A stretch of 54,217 nt of DNA, from NCBI GenBank assembly GCA_029288835.1, contig JARIGN010000002.1, forward strand, positions 1 to 54,217, written 5' to 3'. Made by a program: the position numbers and the translations under genes. The notes under the pieces were generated by a model. The model was not told where the DNA came from and searched no databases. It was given only the letters and a program-made list of their open reading frames with translations. Positions 30,389-40,269 of this stretch are shown here, in pieces. How positions within the stretch are numbered: position 1 is the first letter of the stretch; the number at the start of each line of letters is the position of its first letter. The DNA comes from Candidatus Kaiserbacteria bacterium (GTDB taxonomy: Bacteria; Patescibacteriota; Minisyncoccia; Phycocordibacterales; Phycocordibacteraceae).

Positions 30389-31468
30389 TTACAAATAGCG
30401 CTCAAACGTCTTCGGGTCGGATGCATGCTGATACGCATGGTCGATGGTCACTTCCCCTTTGCGCACGAGCTCGGCGAGCGAGCGGTCCATGTCCACCATG
30501 CCTTCCTGCGAGCTCGTCTGAATGATGGTGCCGATCTCGTGCGTGCGTCCTTCACGGATAAGGTTCGCCACTGCATTGTTGTTGATCAAAAGCTCATACG
30601 CAGGCACAAGCCCACCAGCAATGCGCGGGATGAGTCGCTGCGAGAAGATACCGGCAAGCGAGCCGGCAAGCTGCACGCGCACCTGGGACTGCTGCTCTGA
30701 GGGGAACATGTCGATGATACGGTCGATCGTCTGCGCGGCATTGTTGGTATGGAGGGTGGAAACCACGTAGTGACCGGTTTCTGCGGCGGTCACCGCGGAA
30801 GAAATGGTCTCATAGTCGCGCATCTCCCCCACCATGATTACGTTCACGTCTTCGCGAAATGCCGACTCGAGCGCCGCATGGAAATCAGGCGCATCAATAT
30901 GGATCTCGCGCTGGTGGATAAGCGACTTCTTCGGGTCAAAAATATATTCAACCGGGTCTTCAATGGTCACAATGTGCTCGGCACGGGTCTCATTGATGCG
31001 GTCGATCATGGCCGCAAGCGTCGTGGATTTTCCCTGCCCCACCGGACCCACCACCAGGAAGAAGCCTTGCGTGCGCTGCGTGAATACTTCAAGGATTGGT
31101 GGCAGGTTAAGCTTTGAAAAAGAACGGATCTCGTGCGGAATAAGGCGCATGGCCATTGCAACCGAGCCCTGCACGATAAATCCATTTACGCGAAAGCGCG
31201 CGTCCTCCGTATGTGCATAGGAAAAGTCTATCGACTGGGTATCCGGAAATACTTTCAAGCGGTGCTCCGGCGCGATCGCCTTGAGCATCGCTTCAGTATC
31301 TGCAGCGGTCAATACCTTTTGCTGCAAAAGAGGCACGAGCGCGCCGGAGATGCGAACGATTGGCGGTGAACCCGCAGAAAGGTGCAGGTCCGAGCCTCCT
31401 TCGCGGATAACAATGTCACATAATTCTTTTATATGCGCAGCTGCGCCGCTCTCTCCATTTGCACTCAT
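30389..31468 (-). CDS. pilT: Type IV pilus retraction ATPase
   Basis: SDLHL, GPVGQGKSTTL, HIVTIEDPVE, QREI, AETGH..STLHT, IDRIID, NLIRE motif. Confidence 0.95.
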   Translation of the reverse strand: MSANGESGAAAHIKELCDIVIREGGSDLHLSAGSPPIVRISGALVPLLQQKVLTAADTEAMLKAIAPEHRLKVFPDTQSIDFSYAHTEDARFRVNGFIVQGSVAMAMRLIPHEIRSFSKLNLPPILEVFTQRTQGFFLVVGPVGQGKSTTLAAMIDRINETRAEHIVTIEDPVEYIFDPKKSLIHQREIHIDAPDFHAALESAFREDVNVIMVGEMRDYETISSAVTAAETGHYVVSTLHTNNAAQTIDRIIDMFPSEQQSQVRVQLAGSLAGIFSQRLIPRIAGGLVPAYELLINNNAVANLIREGRTHEIGTIIQTSSQEGMVDMDRSLAELVRKGEVTIDHAYQHASDPKTFERYL

Positions 31469-31848
31469 GGTTTCTTCTCAATTATGGCAAGCGTCTCCGT
31501 ATACACTTCAGAAGGAATTGCTGATGCCTTGATAATATAGCCTGCAGCGCCAAGGCCTTTCGCTTTTTCTATGTCGCTTTCCTGTCCCTGGTTTGAAAGC
31601 ACGATTTTTTTCGTATTTGCCGCAAGATTTTCTTTTTTAATAGTCTCAAGTACCTGAAAGCCGTCAATTTCTGGCATAACAATATCCACGAGCAGCGCGT
31701 CGGGTGCTGGCTTGGTGCGAAGTGCATCAAGCAACGCGTTTCCATCCTGAAATACCGTCACCTCATGGCCTGCGTTCTTAAATTTGAGCGCATACATATC
31801 AAGCAGAAAACGGTCGTCGTCAGTGAGGTAAATAGAATAAGTAGCCAT
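31465..31848 (-). CDS. Single-domain response regulator (receiver)
   Basis: LTDDD, LVDIVMPEIDG, LSN, YIIKA; lies between pilB and pilT. Confidence 0.92.
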   Translation of the reverse strand: MATYSIYLTDDDRFLLDMYALKFKNAGHEVTVFQDGNALLDALRTKPAPDALLVDIVMPEIDGFQVLETIKKENLAANTKKIVLSNQGQESDIEKAKGLGAAGYIIKASAIPSEVYTETLAIIEKKP

Positions 31849-31853
31849 AAAAA

Positions 31854-33704
31854 TTAGGTGGAAAGACTGGAGTAGGGAATGGTCGGCGGTAGCGGTGCTG
31901 CAGATGCCCCTTCAGAAGAGTCAGAGTTCGGCTCTTCCTCGTCTGGCTTTGGCGCATCTTCGTACACTTGCGGCATGTCTTGGTCGAGAAGAAGCTCTCC
32001 GCCTAAGGCATTCACTTCCTCAAACGGGATCTCCCCTGCCAATGCCTTAATGATAGCATCCTCGCGCATGGTAATCATGCCCTGTGCACGCGCGACCGCG
32101 AATACATTTTCTTCAACCGGTTTCGTAAGTATCACGTGCTCAAGCTCCTTATTCATTTGGAGGATTTCAAACACCCCAAGACGCCCGCGCGTACCGTTCG
32201 GGCATTCTGCCGTCGGGCTCGCTTCATAAAACTGGGTAAAGGGCGGTAACGCGGCATGAAATTGCTGAGGCAGATCGCTAAATTCTTTTTCAAGAAGCGC
32301 CTTGAGGCTTTCGCTCACCGGAAGTGGCTTCCCTGCCCCTGGGCAAAGCTTGCGTACAAGGCGCTGACCGATAGCAGCGATGAGCGTTGGTGCGATGAGG
32401 TACGGGTCTACACCCATGTCGATGAGACGTGGAATAACGCCCGCAGCGGTGTTGGTGTGAATCGTTGAAAAGACAAGGTGGCCGGTGAGTGCCGCCTGAA
32501 TAGCCAGGCCAGCGGTTTCCTTATCGCGAATTTCTCCCACCATGATGACATCGGGGTCCTGACGAAGGATCGAGCGAAGACCCGAAGCAAAGGTATACCC
32601 GATTTCAGGCCGCACCTGCGACTGCGACACGTGCGGAATCTCATACTCCACCGGGTCTTCGACCGAAACCACATTCTGCGTCTCGCGATCAAGCTCGGAA
32701 ATCATGGAAAAGAGCGTCGTTGACTTACCTGACCCCGTCGGTCCCGAAATTAAGATGATGCCATACGGTTTCTTAATAATGTCACGAATAACCTTCAGCT
32801 GTTCAGTGTTGAGGCCAATAGACTCAAGGCTCGAAATAGACTTCGCACTGTCGAGAATACGCATCACCACCTTCTCGCCATGCTGCGTTGGAAAGGTCGA
32901 CACACGGAAGTCAATGCGTCGTCCTTCCACCGTTGCTGAAAAACGGCCGTCTTGTGGCTTGCGCTTTTCGTCGAGGCGAAGCTGCGCAAGGATCTTGATG
33001 CGCGCTACCACCGCTGCATGCACCTTAAGCGGAAGCTCGAGCGAAGAATGCAGCTCGCCATCCATGCGGAAACGCACAAGCACTTTATCGGGAAGGGTTT
33101 CTATGTGAATGTCGGATGCACCACCTTCCACCGCATAGCGCAAAATGGTAGCGACAATTTTCGTAACCGGAGCATCAGCTTTAATGGCTTGCTCCGTTGG
33201 TTCTGGCTCATCACCCTTTTGGTCTTCATCGAGCTGGACCGGATCGAGCTCCTGGAGCGCCTCGCTCACCTCTCCCTTGATGTTTCCGTACTCCTCAATG
33301 ACTCGCTTGAAGTCTGCCTCGCTAATCAGGAAGAGTTTATACGGCATTCCAGCGCGCGTAGAAATGAACTGCAACGCATCAAGGGCTTCAATATTGTCAG
33401 GATCCACGATACCCACTTCAAGTACATTGTCGTCAGCAGAAAGCGGAATAAATTTGTAGTGCTCGGCGGATTCCTGGGGAATAAAATTTAAAGCCTCCCG
33501 CTTTGCTGGATCATTTGCGGGAAGCATTCGGTACGGGATGCCATATGCCTCGCTCTGGGCCTTAAGAATAGCCTCGCCCGTTATGCCATGCTTAAGCACG
33601 ACATCAAAAATAGAGACATGGGTCTTTTCTGCCTCGTCGCTGAAGGCTGCCTTGTCTTCAGGCGTTATGAGTTTTTTATCGACGAGGAGAGAAAGAAGGT
33701 CCAT
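31854..33704 (-). CDS. pilB: Type IV pilus assembly ATPase (locus 2)
   Basis: ASDIHIE, RFRMDG, PQDGRF, GPTGSGKST, RQDPDVIMVGEIRD, TGHLVFSTIHTN. Confidence 0.95.
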   Translation of the reverse strand: MDLLSLLVDKKLITPEDKAAFSDEAEKTHVSIFDVVLKHGITGEAILKAQSEAYGIPYRMLPANDPAKREALNFIPQESAEHYKFIPLSADDNVLEVGIVDPDNIEALDALQFISTRAGMPYKLFLISEADFKRVIEEYGNIKGEVSEALQELDPVQLDEDQKGDEPEPTEQAIKADAPVTKIVATILRYAVEGGASDIHIETLPDKVLVRFRMDGELHSSLELPLKVHAAVVARIKILAQLRLDEKRKPQDGRFSATVEGRRIDFRVSTFPTQHGEKVVMRILDSAKSISSLESIGLNTEQLKVIRDIIKKPYGIILISGPTGSGKSTTLFSMISELDRETQNVVSVEDPVEYEIPHVSQSQVRPEIGYTFASGLRSILRQDPDVIMVGEIRDKETAGLAIQAALTGHLVFSTIHTNTAAGVIPRLIDMGVDPYLIAPTLIAAIGQRLVRKLCPGAGKPLPVSESLKALLEKEFSDLPQQFHAALPPFTQFYEASPTAECPNGTRGRLGVFEILQMNKELEHVILTKPVEENVFAVARAQGMITMREDAIIKALAGEIPFEEVNALGGELLLDQDMPQVYEDAPKPDEEEPNSDSSEGASAAPLPPTIPYSSLST

Positions 33705-33721
33705 AGCGGTTAGAAACCGCT

Positions 33722-34021
33722 TTATTGAAGCGGCGCGAAAGGATCAGGGCGACCGGTTGGGACTGGCGTAAGCGGAGTATGGGTATTCTTAAGGTTGGTG
33801 AAGTGCGGATTAGTCAAAATGGTCGTATCAAACGTAATTGCATTAGCCTTACTCGCTAATTCAATAAAATTTTGTTCCACCTCTGAAACGGCCCCGTTTG
33901 GTCCCGAAGCACTAAGGGCACTGTTTGAGGTGCTGTCCGTATTGAAAAAGAAAAGGTAGCCGCCCACCAAAAGCGCTATTCCGACGACTACTCCTATGAT
34001 GATGTTGGTGCGTAGTGACAT
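33722..34021 (-). CDS. Small membrane-anchored pilus accessory protein (PilP-position)
   Basis: N-terminal TM; terminal GRPDPFAP motif; position after pilO. Confidence 0.7.
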   Translation of the reverse strand: MSLRTNIIIGVVVGIALLVGGYLFFFNTDSTSNSALSASGPNGAVSEVEQNFIELASKANAITFDTTILTNPHFTNLKNTHTPLTPVPTGRPDPFAPLQ

Positions 34022-34024
34022 AGG

Positions 34025-34606
34025 TTAGGAAGCAAGCCAATAAATTTGGAAGGTCATCGAATACGTGTATACGCCAGTATAGGTTGATGGTGACGTGAGC
34101 GAAAGGTTCACGACATCAAGCGGACGCTGGCTAAGCTCGACTGAGGAAAGGAAATTTAAGAAACTGCTATAGGTTCCGCTGGCGTTCACCGAAAGATCGA
34201 GGGAGTTAGTTCCGCCTGAAGAATTAAAGAGTGAGCCGGTGCCCGTGCTTGAAGCGGTCGGCGAGCTGTTTTGCGCACCCGTTGAGCCACTCTGGAGGGA
34301 GAAGTTGGAAAGTGTAATGCCGTTGCTATTTGCTAGCGTGTTGAGGTCGAGAATGAGCTGGATGTTATCGACGGAGTTAGGCATGTAGTCCATGAGTTTA
34401 TCCTGGTCAGCCTGGCTGATACTGTCTCTTTTTGCTATAAGTTTCTTTTCCTCCTTATCAAACGTGTCTGCAGCATGGAGCGCTTGCTGGTAGTTGGTGA
34501 TTTGCTGCTGCACCGTAGCAATATCATTATTCCACGTCGGGTAGATATAGAGGTAACCCAGCGCAGCAGAGAGCACTATGAGGACTATAGGTAGGATGCG
34601 GCTCAT
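34025..34606 (-). CDS. pilO: Type IV pilus alignment protein PilO
   Basis: N-terminal TM, coiled coil, 'GTYSSFLNFLSSVELSQRPLDV'. Confidence 0.8.
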   Translation of the reverse strand: MSRILPIVLIVLSAALGYLYIYPTWNNDIATVQQQITNYQQALHAADTFDKEEKKLIAKRDSISQADQDKLMDYMPNSVDNIQLILDLNTLANSNGITLSNFSLQSGSTGAQNSSPTASSTGTGSLFNSSGGTNSLDLSVNASGTYSSFLNFLSSVELSQRPLDVVNLSLTSPSTYTGVYTYSMTFQIYWLAS

Positions 34607-35316
34607 GGTGTTGTGGTTGAAAGTGAAGTGCCTGCTGCAGCGGTTGTTGAAGCAGGAACGGCCATTGAAGCGGGCACTGAGGAAGGGACCGAGGTTGGCA
34701 CGAAGAGCGACGTGTCGTACTCCTGTGGGATGGCGTTTTCCTTCACAAGCGGTGCGGTGAGCGTACCTGAGACTGAAAACGTCACCGTATTATCTTTATT
34801 TAAGACAAAATCTGAGAAAATAGGGTTTTTAATGTACTGGGTTTGCTGGTCAAAAAGAAGGGACTCGTTTTCGAGTGCGTTAAAGTTTTTTGCTATGCCA
34901 TGCAGGCTGAGGGTAGCCGTCCTATCCTCTGCTACCGCTATTGAGACACTGCTGAAAGTTACATCTTTCGCCGTGATATTCCCGAGCAGGTTAAAGAATT
35001 GAGTAAGCGCGATGTGCTGGTTAATGACCGTTTGGGCTGCCGTAAGCCTATTTTGCAAAAGGATAAGGTCTGAAAGGGTCGTGGTGGCTGTTTTTTCTTC
35101 TTTTGCAAGCACAAGTTTTGCTTCTACGTTGGATTCATTTTGCAAATATTTGTCATAGGCAAACGTGCCGATCGCGACTGCGATCGCAAGCACGAAGATT
35201 ACGGTAGCGATGATGAGAAAGACGCTGGTGCCACTCGAAGAATAGCGCTTGTTACCAGCGGGCGTGACTGGTTGCTTGGGAACGAATGATGTTGGTATTG
35301 AAGGGGAAAGAGCCAC
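34603..35316 (-). CDS. pilN: PilN-like alignment protein
   Basis: TSFVPK N-terminal motif, TM, coiled coil, L.LHGIAKNF; lies between pilM and pilO. GTG start. Confidence 0.7.
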   Translation of the reverse strand: MALSPSIPTSFVPKQPVTPAGNKRYSSSGTSVFLIIATVIFVLAIAVAIGTFAYDKYLQNESNVEAKLVLAKEEKTATTTLSDLILLQNRLTAAQTVINQHIALTQFFNLLGNITAKDVTFSSVSIAVAEDRTATLSLHGIAKNFNALENESLLFDQQTQYIKNPIFSDFVLNKDNTVTFSVSGTLTAPLVKENAIPQEYDTSLFVPTSVPSSVPASMAVPASTTAAAGTSLSTTTP

Positions 35317-35391
35317 GATATAAGTATACTGTGCAAAGCACGCGAAGTCTTTTCATTATACACACAATGATGAAGCGCCCAGCAATTCTTT

Positions 35392-36477
35392 TTACGAGCC
35401 TTCGAGTTGTCGCATAGCGAGACCAACCGCCACCGCAAACTCAGGACCAATCTCCTGGAGCACCGGTCGCATGAATGCGGGCGTCTGCGTTTTTCCGAAA
35501 GGATCGGCGATGCGTACCTCTACCGAAAAGAATTGGCGCGCATACGGCGCAAGTTCCTTGGTCACTGCCCCACCGCCGGTAAGGAGAATATAAGAAATAG
35601 GAGCCTGATGAGCCACTTCATACTGCGTAAGTACGCGTTTGGTTTCTTCAAAAATATGTGCGTACACTGACTCAATCGTTGCTTTTGCGTAGGTATTTTC
35701 TGCGGGAGTAAAGCCATACTGCTTCTTCCAGGTCTCTGCCTGGGCGATGGAGATGTTGTGTGCTCCTGAAATGGTACGAGTGACATCCTGACCGCCTTGG
35801 GGAATGTAGTGCGACATCGCAACGACCCCATGCTCCACGACATAAATTTTGGTTGAGGATGCGCCGATATCAATCACCAGCACGGGCTTCACTGGTTCAT
35901 CCACAACGGAGCGTATGCTGCTGAATATTTCTATTTCATAAAAATTTGCCACGAGCGAGGCGCCGGTGATCGCACTCTGCAAAAGCGTAAGCTCATCATT
36001 TTGTACGGCCACAATAAGCACCTTTTGCTTTTGAGAAAGCTCTTTGCCATCGGTAACGGGGTCTGGCAACGCAAACCAGTCTAGCTGCACCTCACTCACT
36101 GGCACAGGAATGTACTTACGCGCCTCAAGCTCCACCATCGTCTTCTGTTCTGCCGGCGTTTTGACGCGGGGAAGCTCCACCATGGTGAGCAGCGAGCGTG
36201 AAAAAGGAATAGAAACGCCGGCGAGGGTTGTCGTGACATTTGCTTCCCGGAGAAGGTCATGGAGATTTTCTGAAATTTTATCTGCGGGAAGGTTCGTCGC
36301 CTGCCCCACTTCAACGCCGCCATAGGGACCGAGCGCTAGCTCGCCATAGGTTTCAAGGACCGCTGCGCCTCGCTCGCGGCGCAGCTGCACCACCTTAAGG
36401 GAAGACGCGCCGATATCTAGACCGAGTGCGCTCGTGCTCTTTGGCTTTCCCCCTATGACATTTGATAAAAAACTCAT
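35392..36477 (-). CDS. pilM: Type IV pilus assembly protein PilM
   Basis: LGLDIGASSLKVVQL, EARKYIP, IDIGASST, LLTGGGA, AVAVGLAMR. Confidence 0.95.
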   Translation of the reverse strand: MSFLSNVIGGKPKSTSALGLDIGASSLKVVQLRRERGAAVLETYGELALGPYGGVEVGQATNLPADKISENLHDLLREANVTTTLAGVSIPFSRSLLTMVELPRVKTPAEQKTMVELEARKYIPVPVSEVQLDWFALPDPVTDGKELSQKQKVLIVAVQNDELTLLQSAITGASLVANFYEIEIFSSIRSVVDEPVKPVLVIDIGASSTKIYVVEHGVVAMSHYIPQGGQDVTRTISGAHNISIAQAETWKKQYGFTPAENTYAKATIESVYAHIFEETKRVLTQYEVAHQAPISYILLTGGGAVTKELAPYARQFFSVEVRIADPFGKTQTPAFMRPVLQEIGPEFAVAVGLAMRQLEGS

Positions 36478-36499
36478 GTCGTTATTCTATCATGCAGCA

Positions 36500-37180
36500 A
36501 TGCGAACACTGCGCACCTATATTCGGCGTGCCCTTATCGTACTTTTTGAAAGAGCTGCCGAGGTGCTATTTCCGCTGCGCGAAACTGAGAAAGTAGTCGC
36601 TACAATTCAAAAAGAAGATCTTTTGCCGCTCTATCAGCCGCGTTCTTTTATTCCCGATAGTGCTGCGAGAAATATTTCAATCCACGCACTCCTTCCCTAT
36701 GCCAAAAATGTACAACCACTTGTGCTGGAAGCTAAATTCCATAACAATCAGCGCGCTCACGAGCTGCTTGGCTTTGTTCTTGCGCACCATCTACAAATTT
36801 TGGCGCAGAAAACTCATTTGAGCTTCTGCCTTGTACCTATTCCTTTAGGGAAAAGGCGCTTTAAGGAGCGTGGCTATAACCAAGTAGAAGAAATTGCACG
36901 CAAAGCGCTCGCTCTTATGCCAGAAACGCAGCTTGCTTCTTCGCTCTTGGTGCGCACGCGCGAAACCCTGCCACAAACGTCCCTTGGCAGAAAAGAGCGT
37001 AAGGAAAATATGCAAAATGCTTTTATGCTTTCCGCAGATTCCTTACGTGCACTCGATGCCCACACGCTTTTTATCATATTGGACGACGTCACCACTACCG
37101 GCGCGACACTTCTTGCCGCCTGTATGGCGCTTGAACGCACAGGAGCCAAGAATATAGTCGGAATCGCGCTGGCACATTAA
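36500..37180 (+). CDS. comF: Competence protein ComF (phosphoribosyltransferase fold)
   Basis: VPIPL...RGYNQ...Q..L...ER..N...AF...LDDVTTTGAT; lacks the N-terminal zinc ribbon. Confidence 0.9.
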   Translation: MRTLRTYIRRALIVLFERAAEVLFPLRETEKVVATIQKEDLLPLYQPRSFIPDSAARNISIHALLPYAKNVQPLVLEAKFHNNQRAHELLGFVLAHHLQILAQKTHLSFCLVPIPLGKRRFKERGYNQVEEIARKALALMPETQLASSLLVRTRETLPQTSLGRKERKENMQNAFMLSADSLRALDAHTLFIILDDVTTTGATLLAACMALERTGAKNIVGIALAH

Positions 37181-37221
37181 TATTTGAATAGATAGGGATT
37201 CTGAATTATAGTGGCATGTAC

Positions 37222-37309
37222 GGAGACGTGGCTGAGTGGTCGAAAGTACCTCACTGCTAACGAGGCAGGGGTTAATAGCCCCTCGAGGGTTCGAATCCCT
37301 CCGTCTCCG
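37222..37309 (+). tRNA. tRNA-Ser(GCT)
   Basis: GGAGACG/CGTCTCC acceptor, anticodon loop CTGCTAA, long variable arm, GAGGG-TTCGAAT-CCCTC, G73; CCA not encoded. Confidence 0.93.
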
Positions 37310-37324
37310 CCCTTTGTTCGCGCG

Positions 37325-37501
37325 TCAGTCCATTCCAAAATACTTCGCTGTTTTAAGTCCGCAGTATATACCGATGAATCCGCCCACCGCGGTGAGGATG
37401 ACTGAAGAGAGCGAAAAAAGACCGTTTGCATTCCAAAGCATGGGTAGCGCGCCTCCAATCGTCGAACCGACAAGCATACCTCCCCATACCATTCGTTTCA
37501 T
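37325..37501 (-). CDS. Small (58 aa) glycine-rich two-TM membrane protein, absent from the ORF track
   Basis: MKRMVWGGMLVGSTIGGALPMLWNANGLFSLSSVILTAVGGFIGIYCGLKTAKYFGMD*; starts 4 nt after the upstream stop. Confidence 0.75.
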   Translation of the reverse strand: MKRMVWGGMLVGSTIGGALPMLWNANGLFSLSSVILTAVGGFIGIYCGLKTAKYFGMD

Positions 37502-37505
37502 ACTG

Positions 37506-37985
37506 TTATTTTACTACAGGCGTTACTGAGCCTCCGTTGTTTTGTGCAGGCATGAGTTGTACTTCTACCCTGCTCGCGCTAATTGAACCGTCCTGATTTG
37601 GAGAGCCTGATACCGTCACCCGCTCCCCCACCGAAAGCTGGTCGAGGGTGAGGTTTGAGCTTGTTGCGGAGCTGCCATTCATTTCTTTAATAGTAGTGGT
37701 CGCGGAAAGCTGCACGTCTTTTGTGGTGCCGTCTTCGAGAGTCATCGTAAACCCATTGCCGTTAAGTGTTTCAATAGATCCAACAAGTGATGTTCCATTC
37801 ACTGATACTCCTGTACCAAGTCCACCAGTTTGAGGAAGGTTTATATGTTGTACCACTGAAGAGACGCTGAGTGAATTTTTATAGACGCTTCCCGCAATGA
37901 CCCCACCTACTATCAAGAGCAAAAGAATGATCCACACGATAGAAAACTTTTTTCCTTCTTTTTCACGCTCTTTTTCACTACTCAT
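37506..37985 (-). CDS. Membrane-anchored DUF5666/OB-fold-like protein
   Basis: N-terminal TM; 'GSIETL...TTTI...L.VGERVTVSG...DGSISASRV'. Confidence 0.7.
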   Translation of the reverse strand: MSSEKEREKEGKKFSIVWIILLLLIVGGVIAGSVYKNSLSVSSVVQHINLPQTGGLGTGVSVNGTSLVGSIETLNGNGFTMTLEDGTTKDVQLSATTTIKEMNGSSATSSNLTLDQLSVGERVTVSGSPNQDGSISASRVEVQLMPAQNNGGSVTPVVK

Positions 37986-38020
37986 GGAGTTAGTATAGCG
38001 CGCTGTGGCATACTAAGTAT

Positions 38021-38455
38021 ATGCATGAAGAAAAGGCAAAAACGGCAGGCGGCATCGTCATTGGCGACGGGGGTACTATCGCAATGGTTCGCAGTAAAAA
38101 TAGTGACTCCTGGCTTTTTCCAAAAGGGCATGTCGATGAAGGAGAAACTGATGAGCAGGCTGCTCAGCGTGAAATTGCGGAGGAGTGTGGCTTAGAAGAG
38201 TTGGAATACATCGATGACCTCGGCCTTTTTGAGCGCGGAGAAAAAAGCATTCATATGTTTTTATATTTGGCCCAACCGCACGCTGCTCTTTTTATTCCTT
38301 CCAACGCTGCAGAAGAAATTCTAGAAGTGAAGTGGGTTCCCTTCCGAGAAGTGGCTGCCGTGCTTGGTACGCCCCACGTTGAGTGGTTCCTGAAAGATCG
38401 CGCGTGGTTTGCAACCGTCTTTGATCGCGTGCGTGAAGCGGTGCAGCGGGACTAG
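38021..38455 (+). CDS. NUDIX hydrolase
   Basis: Nudix box GHVDEGETDEQAAQREIAEECGL. Confidence 0.93.
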   Translation: MHEEKAKTAGGIVIGDGGTIAMVRSKNSDSWLFPKGHVDEGETDEQAAQREIAEECGLEELEYIDDLGLFERGEKSIHMFLYLAQPHAALFIPSNAAEEILEVKWVPFREVAAVLGTPHVEWFLKDRAWFATVFDRVREAVQRD

Positions 38456-38469
38456 ATTAAACCGGCTAA

Positions 38470-39630
38470 TTAGCGAACTGCCTTTGCCACAGCTGGCACG
38501 ACGCGCTTGTCGAGATTATCAGGCACGATCTTTTGGGCGGTAGGGTGAGTGACAAGGCCTGCAATAGCTTTTGCCGCGCGAAGCTTCGTCTCATTGGTAA
38601 TTTTATGAATGCCTTTATCGAGGGCGCCGCGGAAGACTCCGGGAAATGCGAGGGAGTTATTGAGCTGGTTTGGAAAATCGGAGCGGCCAGTCGCCACGAC
38701 GGCGGCGCCCGCGGCGAGTGCTTCATCCGGCATGATTTCAGGAACTGGGTTTGCAAGCGCAAATACAATCGCCTTTTGTGCCATTACCTTTATATGGTCT
38801 TTCGTGAGGGTGCCGGGGCCGGAGACGCCGACGAAGACGTCGGCGTCTATAAGCGCATCCATGAGGTCTCCTGAAACCGCGCGCGGGTTCGTGAGCTCAG
38901 CGAGATCTTTCTTTACGGACGAAAGACCGCCGCGGCCATGATTAATGATGCCCTGCGTGTCGGTAACGATGATGTCGGTTATGCTTGCAGACGCAAGAAG
39001 CTTCGCTATCGCGACTCCCGCCGCGCCAGCACCAGCAATAACCACGCGCAGCTTCTTAAAATTCTTCTTCACGACTTTCGCCGCATTCATGAGCCCCGCA
39101 AGCACCACGATGGCCGTGCCATGCTGGTCATCATGCATCACGGGAATGTTAAGCGCCTCGACAATGCGCCTCTCTATTTCAAAACACTCCGGCGCCTTAA
39201 TGTCTTCGAGATTAATACCGCCCCATCCTGGTGCAATTGCGAGCACGGTCTCGACGATTCTATCAATGCGCTCCTCAGACTCTTTTTCAGAAATATTCAG
39301 GACGATCGGCCATGCATCAATCCCCGCAAGCTCCTTAAAGATAAGTGCCTTCCCTTCCATCACGGGAAGCGCACCATAAGGGCCGATGTTTCCAAGACCT
39401 AGCACCGCGGAACCATCTGAAATAACGGCAACAGAATTTTTCTTCACCGAATACATGCGCGCTTCCTCCGGTTTTGCGGCAAGATGCTTCGCCATAACGC
39501 CTACGCCAGGCGTATAGAAGAGCGCGAAATCCTTTTTGTTCTTTAATTTTGCGCGGGCTTTTGTCTCCACGCGCGCACCCACCTTCTTAAACGCTGCAAG
39601 CACTTCTTTTTCAGAATTCTTTTTTGTCAT
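38470..39630 (-). CDS. NAD(P)-dependent malic enzyme (short bacterial type)
   Basis: YTPGV, DGSAVLGLGNIG, PVMEGK, INLEDI, HDDQHGTA, GAGAAG, ANPVPEI, TGRSDFPNQ. Confidence 0.95.
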   Translation of the reverse strand: MTKKNSEKEVLAAFKKVGARVETKARAKLKNKKDFALFYTPGVGVMAKHLAAKPEEARMYSVKKNSVAVISDGSAVLGLGNIGPYGALPVMEGKALIFKELAGIDAWPIVLNISEKESEERIDRIVETVLAIAPGWGGINLEDIKAPECFEIERRIVEALNIPVMHDDQHGTAIVVLAGLMNAAKVVKKNFKKLRVVIAGAGAAGVAIAKLLASASITDIIVTDTQGIINHGRGGLSSVKKDLAELTNPRAVSGDLMDALIDADVFVGVSGPGTLTKDHIKVMAQKAIVFALANPVPEIMPDEALAAGAAVVATGRSDFPNQLNNSLAFPGVFRGALDKGIHKITNETKLRAAKAIAGLVTHPTAQKIVPDNLDKRVVPAVAKAVR

Positions 39631-39648
39631 AGGAGAAGCGGGAGCAAC

Positions 39649-40224
39649 CTATTTCCCTAGTAGTGTCTGCACTTGTGTAGCGATCTGCTGCACCTCCATT
39701 TGGATATTCGTGAGTGCCGTTTCATTCGTGAGCGTGAGCGACGCCGTGCTTGAGCTTAGGGCGGTGAGCTGAATCATGGTGTTCAGGTACTGAGTGCTGC
39801 CTTGGAGCGGAAGCTCTGAAGGCTCTAAAGGAAACGCAGCTGATGACTGGGTTGTGCATTCGCGGGAGGTAGGTACAGAAACGCAGGGAAGGTACTGGAG
39901 TGAGAGCTGAGCAAGATATACCACGGGTGCTTGCGCTGCCTTGGGCACTAACGGGTCAGGGTTGGTATGCAGCTCATGGACAAATGTAATGTTCAGCAAT
40001 CCATTTTCTGCCGTACTCGTAGCGATGAATGCACTTACGCCAGGTGTAAGGGTGATAGTACTCATTGTTGAGGTAGCATTCAACTGAGTTGAGAGCGTAG
40101 CAAGACGCGCATAGAGGTCTTGTGCCTGCGATGCGGAAGCTCCTGCTGCATGGGAAAACTGCGGCACAAAAAGTAGTAAAAGAATGGCACTTAGTAGTGA
40201 AAAAGTTTTTTTCGATGAGGTCAT
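39649..40224 (-). CDS. Hypothetical secreted protein
   Basis: Signal peptide (FSHA|A); Thr/Ser-rich with ATST motifs; one Cys pair. Confidence 0.7.
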   Translation of the reverse strand: MTSSKKTFSLLSAILLLLFVPQFSHAAGASASQAQDLYARLATLSTQLNATSTMSTITLTPGVSAFIATSTAENGLLNITFVHELHTNPDPLVPKAAQAPVVYLAQLSLQYLPCVSVPTSRECTTQSSAAFPLEPSELPLQGSTQYLNTMIQLTALSSSTASLTLTNETALTNIQMEVQQIATQVQTLLGK

Positions 40225-40269
40225 AGGAGCATTATATAGGAATTTTCTATATACTAATAGGGTATTTCT

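Noticed and set aside
37249-37265. A31:C39 mismatch in the tRNA-Ser anticodon stem as a sign of a pseudogene
   Set aside because: A single tolerated mismatch; all other arms are intact.
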